IMG/VR virus record: IMGVR_UViG_3300038520_001860
Span: 1-40,821 of that record
Direction: 5' to 3' (one strand)
Origin: a virus
Lineage: Duplodnaviria > Caudoviricetes
Length of the DNA: 40,821 nt
Shown: positions 1 to 8,284 of the stretch, one piece after another
Layout: the number at the start of each line of letters is the position of its first letter
How positions within the stretch are numbered: the first letter of the stretch is position 1
Notes under the pieces: generated by a model
Database searches by the model: none
Seen by the model: only the letters and a program-made list of their open reading frames with translations
Told to the model about the DNA's origin: nothing
Position numbers and translations under genes: made by a program

Positions 1-1
1 C

Positions 2-142
2 GCTGACGGAAACTCTAACTCACAGTTAACTCTTACAGACAGTGGTTTGTTTGAGATTAACATTGTTGCTAAAGATAGCACCAATTACTACATTTGGGGT
101 TACGCAGAAGGCGCAGACGTACCTGCATTTGCAGACCAATAA
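2..142 (+). CDS. 3' end of a truncated virion structural gene (possibly capsid decoration)
   Basis: Open frame read manually, ...DGNSNSQLTLTDSGLFEINIVAKDSTNYYIWGYAEGADVPAFADQ*, followed by a terminator-like hairpin. Confidence 0.7.
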   Translation, partial: ADGNSNSQLTLTDSGLFEINIVAKDSTNYYIWGYAEGADVPAFADQ

Positions 143-148
143 TAATTA

Positions 149-177
149 ATGTGGGCCTTCGGGCCCACATGTTCTTG
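149..177 (+). terminator. Intrinsic terminator / stabilising hairpin
   Basis: Perfect 9-bp stem ATGTGGGCC/GGCCCACAT with a C(TTCG)G tetraloop and an imperfect U tract (GTTCTT). Confidence 0.75.
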
Positions 178-191
178 ATTAAGGAGGGAAC

Positions 192-611
192 ATGGCAGAC
201 ACAGTAACAGGACCAACAATCCTACAACAAAACGACAAACGAGTTACAATCAAGATAGTTGTACAATCTGATGGAACAGGTGGCACAACTGTATTTGGTG
301 ACGTATCGGCCCTTGCAAAGGACGAACGTGGTAATTCTGTTAGCACTTTATCTTTACAAAGAGTATGGTGGTCGTGTGCAAACGGTGATGGCGGTGACGC
401 TTTTGCTCGTTTAGATTATGAAGATTCGGATGGAGACATTCCAATCATAACTTTAATTGACTCTGGTTATTGGGACTTTAGAGAGTTTGGTGGCATACCA
501 GCAAACACTAGTTCTAACTCTAACGAAAATGACGTAAACTTCGTTGTGGCAGCAGCGGCTGATTCTGGAAACAGCTTTACCTGCATAGCAGAGTTTATCA
601 AAAACTATTAA
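192..611 (+). CDS. Putative virion structural protein
   Basis: Strong SD AAGGAGG; beta-rich acidic 139 aa; late-operon context. Confidence 0.65.
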   Translation: MADTVTGPTILQQNDKRVTIKIVVQSDGTGGTTVFGDVSALAKDERGNSVSTLSLQRVWWSCANGDGGDAFARLDYEDSDGDIPIITLIDSGYWDFREFGGIPANTSSNSNENDVNFVVAAAADSGNSFTCIAEFIKNY

Positions 612-621
612 GAGGTAGCAC

Positions 622-1293
622 ATGGCTGTATCGGGATCTACAGACTTTAATCTGGAAGCCGCTGAAGTTATTCAAGAGGCCTATGAAAGATGTGGTCTAC
701 AAGAAATAAGCGGTAAAGATTTACGTACAGCCGTGCGCAGTATGAATTTGCTCATGTCAGAGTGGGCCAATAGAGGATTAAATTTATGGACCGTATCTCT
801 TGGAACTCAATCAACGACAGCTAGCGATAATGATTATGATTTGGACACTAACATTATAGATGTGTTAGAAGTTTCTCTACGCGATTCAAACAACACAGAT
901 ACAACGTTAACAAGAATTAGTAGAGCAGACTATCACATGTTGCCCAATAAATCATCAGAAGGAAAACCTTCACAGTTTTATTTTGAAAGAACAACAACAC
1001 CAACTTTGTTTTTATATCCAACACCTGATTTATCAACGTACACTGTAAGATATTATTTTTTAAAAAGATTAGATGACATAGATGCACCATCTAATAACGC
1101 AAACGTGCCTTTTAGATTTTTACCTTGTTTAACTGCTGGAATGGCCTATTATTTGGCGATGAAAAAAGCGCCTGATAAAGTTCCTTTGTTAAAAGCAGTT
1201 TATGATGAGGAGTTTGAAAGAGCGCGACAAGAAGACAGAGACAGAGCAGGTTTTAGCGCTGTGCCCGGTCGTTCTTATTTTAACAATTATTAA
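622..1293 (+). CDS. Head-tail adaptor / tail tubular protein A-like
   Basis: SD GAGG; GKPSQFY...LYPTPD..Y.VRY motif and C-terminal helix (LKAVYDEEFERA) typical of podovirus adaptors. Confidence 0.65.
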   Translation: MAVSGSTDFNLEAAEVIQEAYERCGLQEISGKDLRTAVRSMNLLMSEWANRGLNLWTVSLGTQSTTASDNDYDLDTNIIDVLEVSLRDSNNTDTTLTRISRADYHMLPNKSSEGKPSQFYFERTTTPTLFLYPTPDLSTYTVRYYFLKRLDDIDAPSNNANVPFRFLPCLTAGMAYYLAMKKAPDKVPLLKAVYDEEFERARQEDRDRAGFSAVPGRSYFNNY

Positions 1294-1305
1294 CCAGGAG
1301 GTTAT

Positions 1306-1413
1306 ATGGATAAATTAAATGCAGTAAAAGACTGGGTGATGGCACTAGATAAAAAGAAAAAAATTGCCATTGCAGCGGTTGTTGTAATTATAGTTATTGC
1401 ACTAGTAGCGTAA
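1306..1413 (+). CDS. Small single-TM membrane protein (35 aa), holin/antiholin candidate; not in the ORF track
   Basis: SD AGGAGG; MDKLNAVKDWVMALDKKKKIAIAAVVVIIVIALVA*; stop overlaps the amidase start (TAATG). Confidence 0.75.
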   Translation: MDKLNAVKDWVMALDKKKKIAIAAVVVIIVIALVA

Positions 1414-1835
1414 TGGAAGCTAGAGCGAGCACAGAATATATTGTTATCCATTGCTCGGCCACCAAGCCGAGCATGGATGTCGATGCAGAAACAATTAGAA
1501 ATTGGCATGTTAATGAAAGAGGATGGCGTGATATTGGCTATCACAAAGTTATAAAAAGAAATGGAGAAGTAGAAGATGGTCGCGATGTTCGTGATTCTGG
1601 CGCACACGCAGCAGGATACAATTCTAAGAGTGTTGGTGTGTGCATGGTGGGTGGAATGGCTGAAGATAATTCTGCTGAAAATAATTTTACTCCACACCAG
1701 TGGGTAGCATTGATTATGGAAATTAAAAAATTATCTGAAATGTATCCGGAGGCAAAAATTATCGGACACAATGAAATAAGTGAAAAAGAATGCCCATCGT
1801 TTGATGTGCAAAAATGGAAGGCGGAAAACCTATGA
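1413..1835 (+). CDS. Endolysin, N-acetylmuramoyl-L-alanine amidase (Amidase_2, T7 gp3.5-like)
   Basis: IVIHCSAT, IGYH, GAHAAGYN, IGHNE..KECPSF: Zn ligands H/H/C as in T7 lysozyme. Confidence 0.93.
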   Translation: MEARASTEYIVIHCSATKPSMDVDAETIRNWHVNERGWRDIGYHKVIKRNGEVEDGRDVRDSGAHAAGYNSKSVGVCMVGGMAEDNSAENNFTPHQWVALIMEIKKLSEMYPEAKIIGHNEISEKECPSFDVQKWKAENL

Positions 1836-2209
1836 TATTAGACGTTGTAAAATTAGCAATCGGTGCAGGCACGCACATAATGAAAAACAGGCAACAGCGC
1901 AAAATGCTCGAGTCAGATGCTGCAATGTTGCACGCACAGAAAATGGCTAATGGTGAAATTGAGTATCAAGCAGCTGTAAGGCAATCAAACGACAAGGGAT
2001 GGAAAGACGAGTTTGTCCTCATTCTCGTAAGTGCCCCAGTGATTTTATTGATATGGAGCGTGTTTAGTGAAGACCCAGACATACAACAGAAACTGCACAT
2101 GTTCTTTGAGCAGTTTAACAATCTGCCTTTTTGGTACCAGACGCTCTTTGTCGGAGTCGTAGCTAGTATATACGGTTTGAAGGGCGTAGATATATTTAAG
2201 AAAAAATGA
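1832..2209 (+). CDS. Putative holin (multi-TM)
   Basis: Adjacent to the endolysin with ATGA overlap at 1832; hydrophobic segments, WKDEF motif, basic C-terminus KKK. Confidence 0.65.
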   Translation: MILDVVKLAIGAGTHIMKNRQQRKMLESDAAMLHAQKMANGEIEYQAAVRQSNDKGWKDEFVLILVSAPVILLIWSVFSEDPDIQQKLHMFFEQFNNLPFWYQTLFVGVVASIYGLKGVDIFKKK

Positions 2210-2439
2210 TTTGGATAATCTCAGCCATGTTGGTGTACCATGATGTGCCACAGCCTGTGCTGACTGATTATACGATAAGATCGTTTAATACTAAATACGA
2301 GTGCATAGAGTATACGTGGGACAATAAAGTAGAGATGGTTGACACTTTGCTTGAGATGCACAGATATAAAGAAAATAAAGAATTAAAGACATTTGCATTT
2401 TTTTGTGAGAACAGGTATGTGCAATTAGATGAGGTATGA
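2206..2439 (+). CDS. Hypothetical protein
   Basis: ATGA-coupled at both ends; hydrophobic N-terminus; two Cys. Confidence 0.6.
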   Translation: MIWIISAMLVYHDVPQPVLTDYTIRSFNTKYECIEYTWDNKVEMVDTLLEMHRYKENKELKTFAFFCENRYVQLDEV

Positions 2440-2993
2440 ACACTATATCAGATGATATTCTCGAGTGGTCTGAGAAATATCTAGAACCAAAAAACGAACA
2501 TCTAGGTGATGTTCCTGTTTGCCCTTATGCTCGTATGGCTAGGTTGCAAAAAAAATATCGAATACTAGAAGTTCACAATCACGATAGTTTTATCGATCAA
2601 ATAGTCAAAGGCATAGAAATGGTCAGAGACCCTGACATACAAATAGTTATAGTTGGTTGCAGTGACATTCGAATGGAGCCAGAAGAGCTGGCTTCTGTAA
2701 TTCACGCGTACAACGTTGTTTTTGTTCCTCAAGACATATACTTAATGTGCTCGCATCCACACGATGAGGACGAGGAGGAAGAGGTAGAGTTTTTAGACAC
2801 GGACAGTTGGGAGCCAGACAATGAGTTCATGATGGTTCTTATACAAAATTTTGACGAATTAGAAAAAGCTAGTGACAATTTACGTAAAACTGGATACTAT
2901 GATCACTGGCCTCAAGATTATTATGAAGGCACAGTAAAAAAACGACAATCTTATAGGAGATATCGAAATGGCACGTCCCGGTCTATACGCTAA
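2436..2993 (+). CDS. Hypothetical protein, DUF1415-like
   Basis: CPYAR motif, later HP, and L..KTGYY..W ending resemble DUF1415-like proteins; coupled. Confidence 0.5.
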   Translation: MNTISDDILEWSEKYLEPKNEHLGDVPVCPYARMARLQKKYRILEVHNHDSFIDQIVKGIEMVRDPDIQIVIVGCSDIRMEPEELASVIHAYNVVFVPQDIYLMCSHPHDEDEEEEVEFLDTDSWEPDNEFMMVLIQNFDELEKASDNLRKTGYYDHWPQDYYEGTVKKRQSYRRYRNGTSRSIR

Positions 2994-3378
2994 CATTCAC
3001 GCTAAAAGAAAGCGTGGGGGTAAAATGAGAAAGAAAGGAGCGAAAGGTGCTCCTACCGCAGCAAACTTTGCTAGAGCAAAACAAACAGCAAGGAAAGGTA
3101 TGAAGAAAGGTGGCTTTCCAGATTTGTCTGGTGATGGTAAAACAACCATGAAAGATATTCTTATAGGAAGAGGTGTAATTAAAAAAGGAGACACTATGAA
3201 CAAAAAGAAACGTGTGATGAAACGTGGCGGTGGCATGATGAAAAAACGCGTTATGAAACGTGGTGGCGGCATGGCTAAAAAGAAAAGAGTAAAAGCTATG
3301 GGCGGCGGCATGATGAAAAAACGTGTGATGAAACGTGGCGGCGGCATGGCTAAAAAGAAAAGGGTTAAAAAGAAATAA
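2968..3378 (+). CDS. Highly basic modular protein with an EF-hand-like loop and KKRVMKRGGGM repeats
   Basis: K/R/G/M-rich translation; SD AGGAG upstream; stop overlaps the next ATG. Confidence 0.8.
   Translation: MARPGLYANIHAKRKRGGKMRKKGAKGAPTAANFARAKQTARKGMKKGGFPDLSGDGKTTMKDILIGRGVIKKGDTMNKKKRVMKRGGGMMKKRVMKRGGGMAKKKRVKAMGGGMMKKRVMKRGGGMAKKKRVKKK
3202..3375 (+). repeat. Coding tandem repeat, about 4.5 units of 36-39 nt
   Basis: AAAAAACGYGTKATGAAACGTGGYGGYGGCATG-type units encoding KKRVMKRGGGM. Confidence 0.9.
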
Positions 3379-3656
3379 TGACTAAACTTTGCCCTAGAGG
3401 AAAAGCAGCAGCCAAAAGAAAATTTAAAGTTTACCCGAGCGCGTATGCAAACGCGTATGCGTCTAAAATATGCGCGGGTAAAATTAAAGATCCATCAGGT
3501 GTGAAACGAAAAGACTTTCGTGGAAGTAAAGCAAAAGGTGGTTTAGTTGCAGCTACAAAAAGACTAAGAGCGCAAGGTTTAAAAAATGGTGGGCGTGTTG
3601 CAAGAGGTTGTGGCGCGATAATGCCAGATAGAAAAAAAGTAACGAAGTTCGCGTAA
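3378..3656 (+). CDS. Small basic protein
   Basis: LCPRGKAAAKRKFKVYPSAYAN...; K/R-rich; coupled. Confidence 0.8.
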   Translation: MTKLCPRGKAAAKRKFKVYPSAYANAYASKICAGKIKDPSGVKRKDFRGSKAKGGLVAATKRLRAQGLKNGGRVARGCGAIMPDRKKVTKFA

Positions 3657-3657
3657 C

Positions 3658-4044
3658 ATGTCTGGACACAAAGGACTAGACAAGTGGTTCAAACAAGATT
3701 GGGTTGATATTGGCTCCAAGAAAAAAGGCGGAGGCTTTGCAAAGTGCGGACGTTCAAAACAAAAAAGGGACGCAAAAAGAAAATACCCTAAGTGTGTTCC
3801 AAGAGCCAAAGCTAATCGAATGACAGAAGGAGAGAGACGTTCCGCGGTTTCTCGTAAAAGATCTAGAGCACAAGGCGTTGGTGGTAAACCAACTAATGTA
3901 AAAACTTTTACCAGAAAAAAAATGGCTGACGGTGGATATATGGGCAGTTTTATTGACTTAAATTTACCTTTAGGTAAAGGCGAGTATAAAAGAGTAGGCA
4001 ATCCGTCTCTTAAAAAATATTATAAAACACTTGGCATTATCTAA
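3658..4044 (+). CDS. Small basic protein (DUF5872-like)
   Basis: GLDKWFKQDWVDIG..KCGR..YPKCVP motif. Confidence 0.7.
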   Translation: MSGHKGLDKWFKQDWVDIGSKKKGGGFAKCGRSKQKRDAKRKYPKCVPRAKANRMTEGERRSAVSRKRSRAQGVGGKPTNVKTFTRKKMADGGYMGSFIDLNLPLGKGEYKRVGNPSLKKYYKTLGII

Positions 4045-4391
4045 TGGTAATCAACAGATCTCAGATGAGAAAACAAATTTCTACTGGGAGAAAGAAAAGA
4101 AGAGACCCAAAAGTAGGCACAGGTAAAAAACCAAAGGGATCAGGAAGGAGACTATACACAGATGAAAATCCGAAGGACACTGTACGTATTGCGTTCGCGA
4201 CTCCGCAAGATGCCAGGAAGACTGTGGCGAAAGTCAAAAAGGTATCTAAACCGTTTGCGCGCAAAATACAAATTTTAACAGTTGGTGAGCAGCGTGCCAA
4301 AGTTATGGGCAAAACACAAGTAGCCAGCATATTTAAACGAGGTAAAGATGCCATCCGCAAAACACATAACCGTAAAAGGAAAAAAGTATAA
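4044..4391 (+). CDS. Small basic protein
   Basis: GTGKKPKGSGRRLYTDENPKDTV; coupled by TAATG. Confidence 0.75.
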   Translation: MVINRSQMRKQISTGRKKRRDPKVGTGKKPKGSGRRLYTDENPKDTVRIAFATPQDARKTVAKVKKVSKPFARKIQILTVGEQRAKVMGKTQVASIFKRGKDAIRKTHNRKRKKV

Positions 4392-4572
4392 GAAATCTCC
4401 GTTGAAAGACTCTCCTCGCAAGCGCAAGCTTGTAAAAGGGTTGATGAAAGCTCGTAGAGATGTTAAAACTGCATTAGACAAAAAGAACGCTAGGTCTGAG
4501 CGCAACGCACGTAATCGTGTGCAAAAATTCAAAGTATTATTAGGAGAACGTAGTGGCAAGAAAAAGAGATAA
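4348..4572 (+). CDS. Small basic protein
   Basis: SD GAGG upstream; K/R-rich; overlaps both neighbours. Confidence 0.65.
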   Translation: MPSAKHITVKGKKYKKSPLKDSPRKRKLVKGLMKARRDVKTALDKKNARSERNARNRVQKFKVLLGERSGKKKR

Positions 4573-4837
4573 AATGCCGGCTAGAAATAAAAAAAATTTT
4601 AGGCCTACAAAAAAAGGCGCAGGCATGACACGCGCTGGTGTGGCTGCATACAGAAGAGCAAACCCAGGTAGTAAATTAAAAACAGCCGTGACAGGTAAAG
4701 TTAAACCTGGTAGTAAAGCTGCAAAGCGACGTAAATCATTTTGTGCAAGAAGTGCAGGACAAATGAAAAAGTTTCCAAAAGCTGCAAGAAATCCTAACTC
4801 TAGATTAAGGCAAGCAAGGAAAAGATGGAAATGTTAA
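4553..4837 (+). CDS. Small basic protein (DUF6321-like)
   Basis: GTG start with GGAG; RRKSFCAR...NSR...ARKRWKC motif. Confidence 0.75.
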   Translation: MARKRDKMPARNKKNFRPTKKGAGMTRAGVAAYRRANPGSKLKTAVTGKVKPGSKAAKRRKSFCARSAGQMKKFPKAARNPNSRLRQARKRWKC

Positions 4838-5547
4838 AAAATGTTTCAATAGCTGTTGTGATAACAACCATTTTTCTTTGGGGTTTAAGTGTCATGATGG
4901 ACTCAGTCATGGCAGACGTGACAGGCGCAGGAGCTACAACTAACACACAGTCAACTACAGGATCATCAGCCACAAACACTGCAATTACTGGTGGTTATCA
5001 CAGTGAGGCAACAACAAACTATCAATCAGGTTCGTCATCATCTACAACCACAAACAACTCTACTACAAACAATAACAACAGTTATACAGGCGACACTAGG
5101 ACTGTGCCATCAGCATCAGCTCCAGGTATATCTGCAATGTCACAAGATCTTTGCACTGTGGGTGTTGGACTTGGAATACAAAAGCCATTGATAGGTGGCA
5201 GCATTGGTATCACAAAGCGTGATATGAATTGTGAGAGAATGAAACTATCAAAATTACTTTTTGACTTTAACATGAAAGTTGCAGCTGTATCTATACTCTG
5301 TCAAGACAGCAGAGTGTTTTCAGCCATGGCTCATGCTGGAACCCCTTGTCCATTTAACGGCAAGATTGGTGACGAAGCACTAAACGAGTGGAATAAGTAT
5401 GACAAACAAAGACCAGACTACGAAGAGTATGTGGAAACTTTGCGATACATGGAGAAAATAGATAATGAGATATTGGAGGATATAGATGCTAAGGACAAGT
5501 ATATACTTGATAGTAACGGCGAGCCTACTAACATTCTCCGTCAGTAA
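4825..5547 (+). CDS. Secreted/membrane protein with Thr/Ser/Asn-rich linker and Cys-containing domain
   Basis: N-terminal hydrophobic helix; SAPG..S..DLC...D.NCER...CQD...GTPCP. Confidence 0.7.
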   Translation: MEMLKNVSIAVVITTIFLWGLSVMMDSVMADVTGAGATTNTQSTTGSSATNTAITGGYHSEATTNYQSGSSSSTTTNNSTTNNNNSYTGDTRTVPSASAPGISAMSQDLCTVGVGLGIQKPLIGGSIGITKRDMNCERMKLSKLLFDFNMKVAAVSILCQDSRVFSAMAHAGTPCPFNGKIGDEALNEWNKYDKQRPDYEEYVETLRYMEKIDNEILEDIDAKDKYILDSNGEPTNILRQ

Positions 5548-7078
5548 AGCAACAGAAGTAGTATTAGAGGACACACCAAACGTAGGCGACACCACAACTA
5601 TTACAACTATTACGTCTGGTAATCCTGCAACCACGAGCAACTTAGTTTCACAAGACTTCGACGATGGCAGCTGGGTAGGCACAATGTTTCCTGATAGTTC
5701 TGACATCAACGAATCAACTTGGTTGACCGGCAAACACGGCAAGTATGCTGAAACAACAATAGACTCCGACGATCACTTATCGTTAGAAGAGTTACAACTT
5801 GGTTTTACATCTACCTTTGGTGCACAGATACGGTGGTGGAATCCTGTCGAGTCAACAGTCACACTTACACAAACTGCAACCAATGGTGTTGACACAACAA
5901 CACAAAGCACAACTTTTCATGACACAACAAACCACAACTATCAAACCAATCCATACTCTAACCAACTTACACTTGCACCCGACGCACAAAACCAGCACGG
6001 CACACTCACTGTAAGATTTAGTTTTGATATACAGGGCAATAAAAATTACAACGGAGGCCACGCCGGTGTTGACGTCCGCGATCCTGTAGTCACTGTTAAT
6101 TACAATACACTTTCGACTACCACGTCTACCAGTGTAGTTTATTGTTGGCAAAAGAACCCACCGACATGTCCTGGTCAAGACGAGATAGAAGATGTGCAAG
6201 AACAATTAGAGCAGTTCGAGTTGATGGAGTTTACAATACCAGAAGATATTTTTCTTGAACCGCCACCAGAAATTGAATACACATTCAATCCTGTCTTTGA
6301 AGAGATAGAGGTTGTAGAAGAGTTTGATATAATGCCGATGGATGAATTTTTTTTTGAACCTGAGTATATCGAAGAAGTTATCGTGGAAGAATTTATTTCA
6401 GCGGATGTTGTTATGGTAGACACAATAGAAGAACTGCCTCCGATGGAGGAGGTGTATATGGAAGAAATGTTTACAGAAGAACTTACAGAAGAGATGCAAG
6501 AAGAGCTTATTGAAGAAGTTTTTGAAGAAATAACAGAAGAACCAATGGAAGAGAAAATAATAAATGAAGAAGTTACAGAACAACCCAGTAGCGAAGAAGT
6601 TGTTACAGACGAGCCAGCACCGGCAGCAGAGATTGCCCAACAAGAAGAAGCAATCAAGGAGCCAACTCAAGAACAACCTAGCTCAGATGTGGAAGTTGAT
6701 TTAGATATAAAAGTTGCAGCTATAGAGAAGGCTATACAAAGCAAGATAAAGAACGAAATGCAAAGAGTCAGTGTGACGCTCGATGTAATCAACGAAGTCG
6801 TGTCTCGTGAAATGACAGCGACTCAAGCGGACATTTCTAGCTATTTTAACACCAACGCAGCTCTATTTGATCCTCGTGAATTACCTAATGGAAATCCCGC
6901 TTTCTTTATGCAAGCTAGTCTTGAAAGCTATGACAAAACAATATATGCTAGACAAGCAAGTATCGCGGGCACAGACCCTGTTGTACAGCACCAGATTAAA
7001 GTGCAAAATGCTAGGAAAAAGACCAACGATGCTTATAAAAACCTTATGGAGTTATTAAATGCAAGAAATGTTCAGTAA
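5486..7078 (+). CDS. Signal-peptide protein with a long Glu-rich region
   Basis: Signal-like N-terminus; beta-rich domain; E/P/M-rich acidic stretch of roughly 170 aa; helical C-terminus. Confidence 0.75.
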   Translation: MLRTSIYLIVTASLLTFSVSKATEVVLEDTPNVGDTTTITTITSGNPATTSNLVSQDFDDGSWVGTMFPDSSDINESTWLTGKHGKYAETTIDSDDHLSLEELQLGFTSTFGAQIRWWNPVESTVTLTQTATNGVDTTTQSTTFHDTTNHNYQTNPYSNQLTLAPDAQNQHGTLTVRFSFDIQGNKNYNGGHAGVDVRDPVVTVNYNTLSTTTSTSVVYCWQKNPPTCPGQDEIEDVQEQLEQFELMEFTIPEDIFLEPPPEIEYTFNPVFEEIEVVEEFDIMPMDEFFFEPEYIEEVIVEEFISADVVMVDTIEELPPMEEVYMEEMFTEELTEEMQEELIEEVFEEITEEPMEEKIINEEVTEQPSSEEVVTDEPAPAAEIAQQEEAIKEPTQEQPSSDVEVDLDIKVAAIEKAIQSKIKNEMQRVSVTLDVINEVVSREMTATQADISSYFNTNAALFDPRELPNGNPAFFMQASLESYDKTIYARQASIAGTDPVVQHQIKVQNARKKTNDAYKNLMELLNARNVQ

Positions 7079-7337
7079 ATTATCGTCATATGCTGCACTA
7101 CTTGGTGTCATTGGCGCCATTGGTGGTGGTTTTATGGCATGGGGCGAGTTCAATAATCGTATCGCACAGTTAGAAAACAAAGAGTTTGTGGTGAATGAAA
7201 CTGTAGATCTATCAGGTATTATCAAAGAACTAGAGGCAATAAAGGGCGATATTAAAATAAATGACGCTGCTATCAAGTTTCTTGATGCAAAAATAGAAGA
7301 GCTAAAAGCAGAACAAGACAACCCATTATTAAATTAG
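7059..7337 (+). CDS. Single-TM coiled-coil protein
   Basis: TM AALLGVIGAIGGGFMAW followed by heptad repeats. Confidence 0.7.
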   Translation: MQEMFSKLSSYAALLGVIGAIGGGFMAWGEFNNRIAQLENKEFVVNETVDLSGIIKELEAIKGDIKINDAAIKFLDAKIEELKAEQDNPLLN

Positions 7338-7338
7338 T

Positions 7339-7671
7339 ATGGCAAGAGCAAGAGGTAAATATTCACAGGCGATTTCTGACAGAAGTGGTGTAGCTTTTCC
7401 ATACAAAGAAATGGTAAAAGAATGGAACGGCTCACTAGTGCACAAGTCTGAGTTTGAAAGAAAACACCCACAGCTTGAACCAAGCCCTGTTGCAGCCGAT
7501 GCTCAAGCATTAGAAAATGCAAGACCACAAGAACAACACGTTATTAGAGTTTTTATCGGCAGAGGCGCTGACACTATTTTTACATCAACTGCAACGGGAG
7601 GAACACAGCCCTCTACTGTTGCCAAAGATTTAACAGCTAAATTTGATTTAGGAGCAGTAACAGTATCATGA
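7339..7671 (+). CDS. Hypothetical protein (late region)
   Basis: ARGKYSQAISDRSG..FPY.EM..EWNG..VH.SEFE.KHPQL; coupled. Confidence 0.7.
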   Translation: MARARGKYSQAISDRSGVAFPYKEMVKEWNGSLVHKSEFERKHPQLEPSPVAADAQALENARPQEQHVIRVFIGRGADTIFTSTATGGTQPSTVAKDLTAKFDLGAVTVS

Positions 7672-8282
7672 CTTCATTTAACCAACTAAAACAAGATTTA
7701 ATTGATTTAACAGAAAATAATAGTTCTGATTTTGCGTCAGAAAGCCCTCAGTTTATTGACACAGCAGAACGCAGATTAGGAAGAGAACTTGACAATGTTC
7801 CTGAATTGTACAAGCATCAAAATGCTACGTTAACTATTGGCGATGCCTTTGTGACGAAACCAACTGATCTAATCACGATCATTTCCTTTCAGGTGCTGTC
7901 CTCTGCTTCGGCAAGGACAGCATTGGAATACAGAGACGTTGGGTACATAAACGAATACTGGCCTACACGGACAAGCACAAGCACACCAAAATATTATGCA
8001 GACTGGGATAATGATTTTTATATCATTGCTCCAACGCCAAGTGCTGCACTTACAGTTGAAATAAACTACAGAACAAGATTTAGTTCACTATCAGGAAGCA
8101 ACACAACAAACTGGTTGACAGACAACGCGTACGATGCCTTGTTATATGGTTCATTGATAGAAGCTGCGGTCTATGATAAGAATCCTCAGATGCTTCAGTT
8201 ATATGAAAAAAGATATCAAGAAGCAGTGGCAACAGTTAACAAAGAATTAGCTCTTAGAAGAACAAACAGCTTTACGGTGTAG
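7668..8282 (+). CDS. Second head-tail adaptor-like protein
   Basis: TPKYYA.W....IIAPTP......INY and TTNWL.DNAYDALLYGSL.EA motifs. Confidence 0.6.
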   Translation: MTSFNQLKQDLIDLTENNSSDFASESPQFIDTAERRLGRELDNVPELYKHQNATLTIGDAFVTKPTDLITIISFQVLSSASARTALEYRDVGYINEYWPTRTSTSTPKYYADWDNDFYIIAPTPSAALTVEINYRTRFSSLSGSNTTNWLTDNAYDALLYGSLIEAAVYDKNPQMLQLYEKRYQEAVATVNKELALRRTNSFTV

Positions 8283-8284
8283 TT

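Noticed and set aside
6347-6355. T9 homopolymer as a slippage or phase-variation site
   Set aside because: In frame (FFF), no useful alternative frame evident, and such runs are expected in AT-rich DNA.
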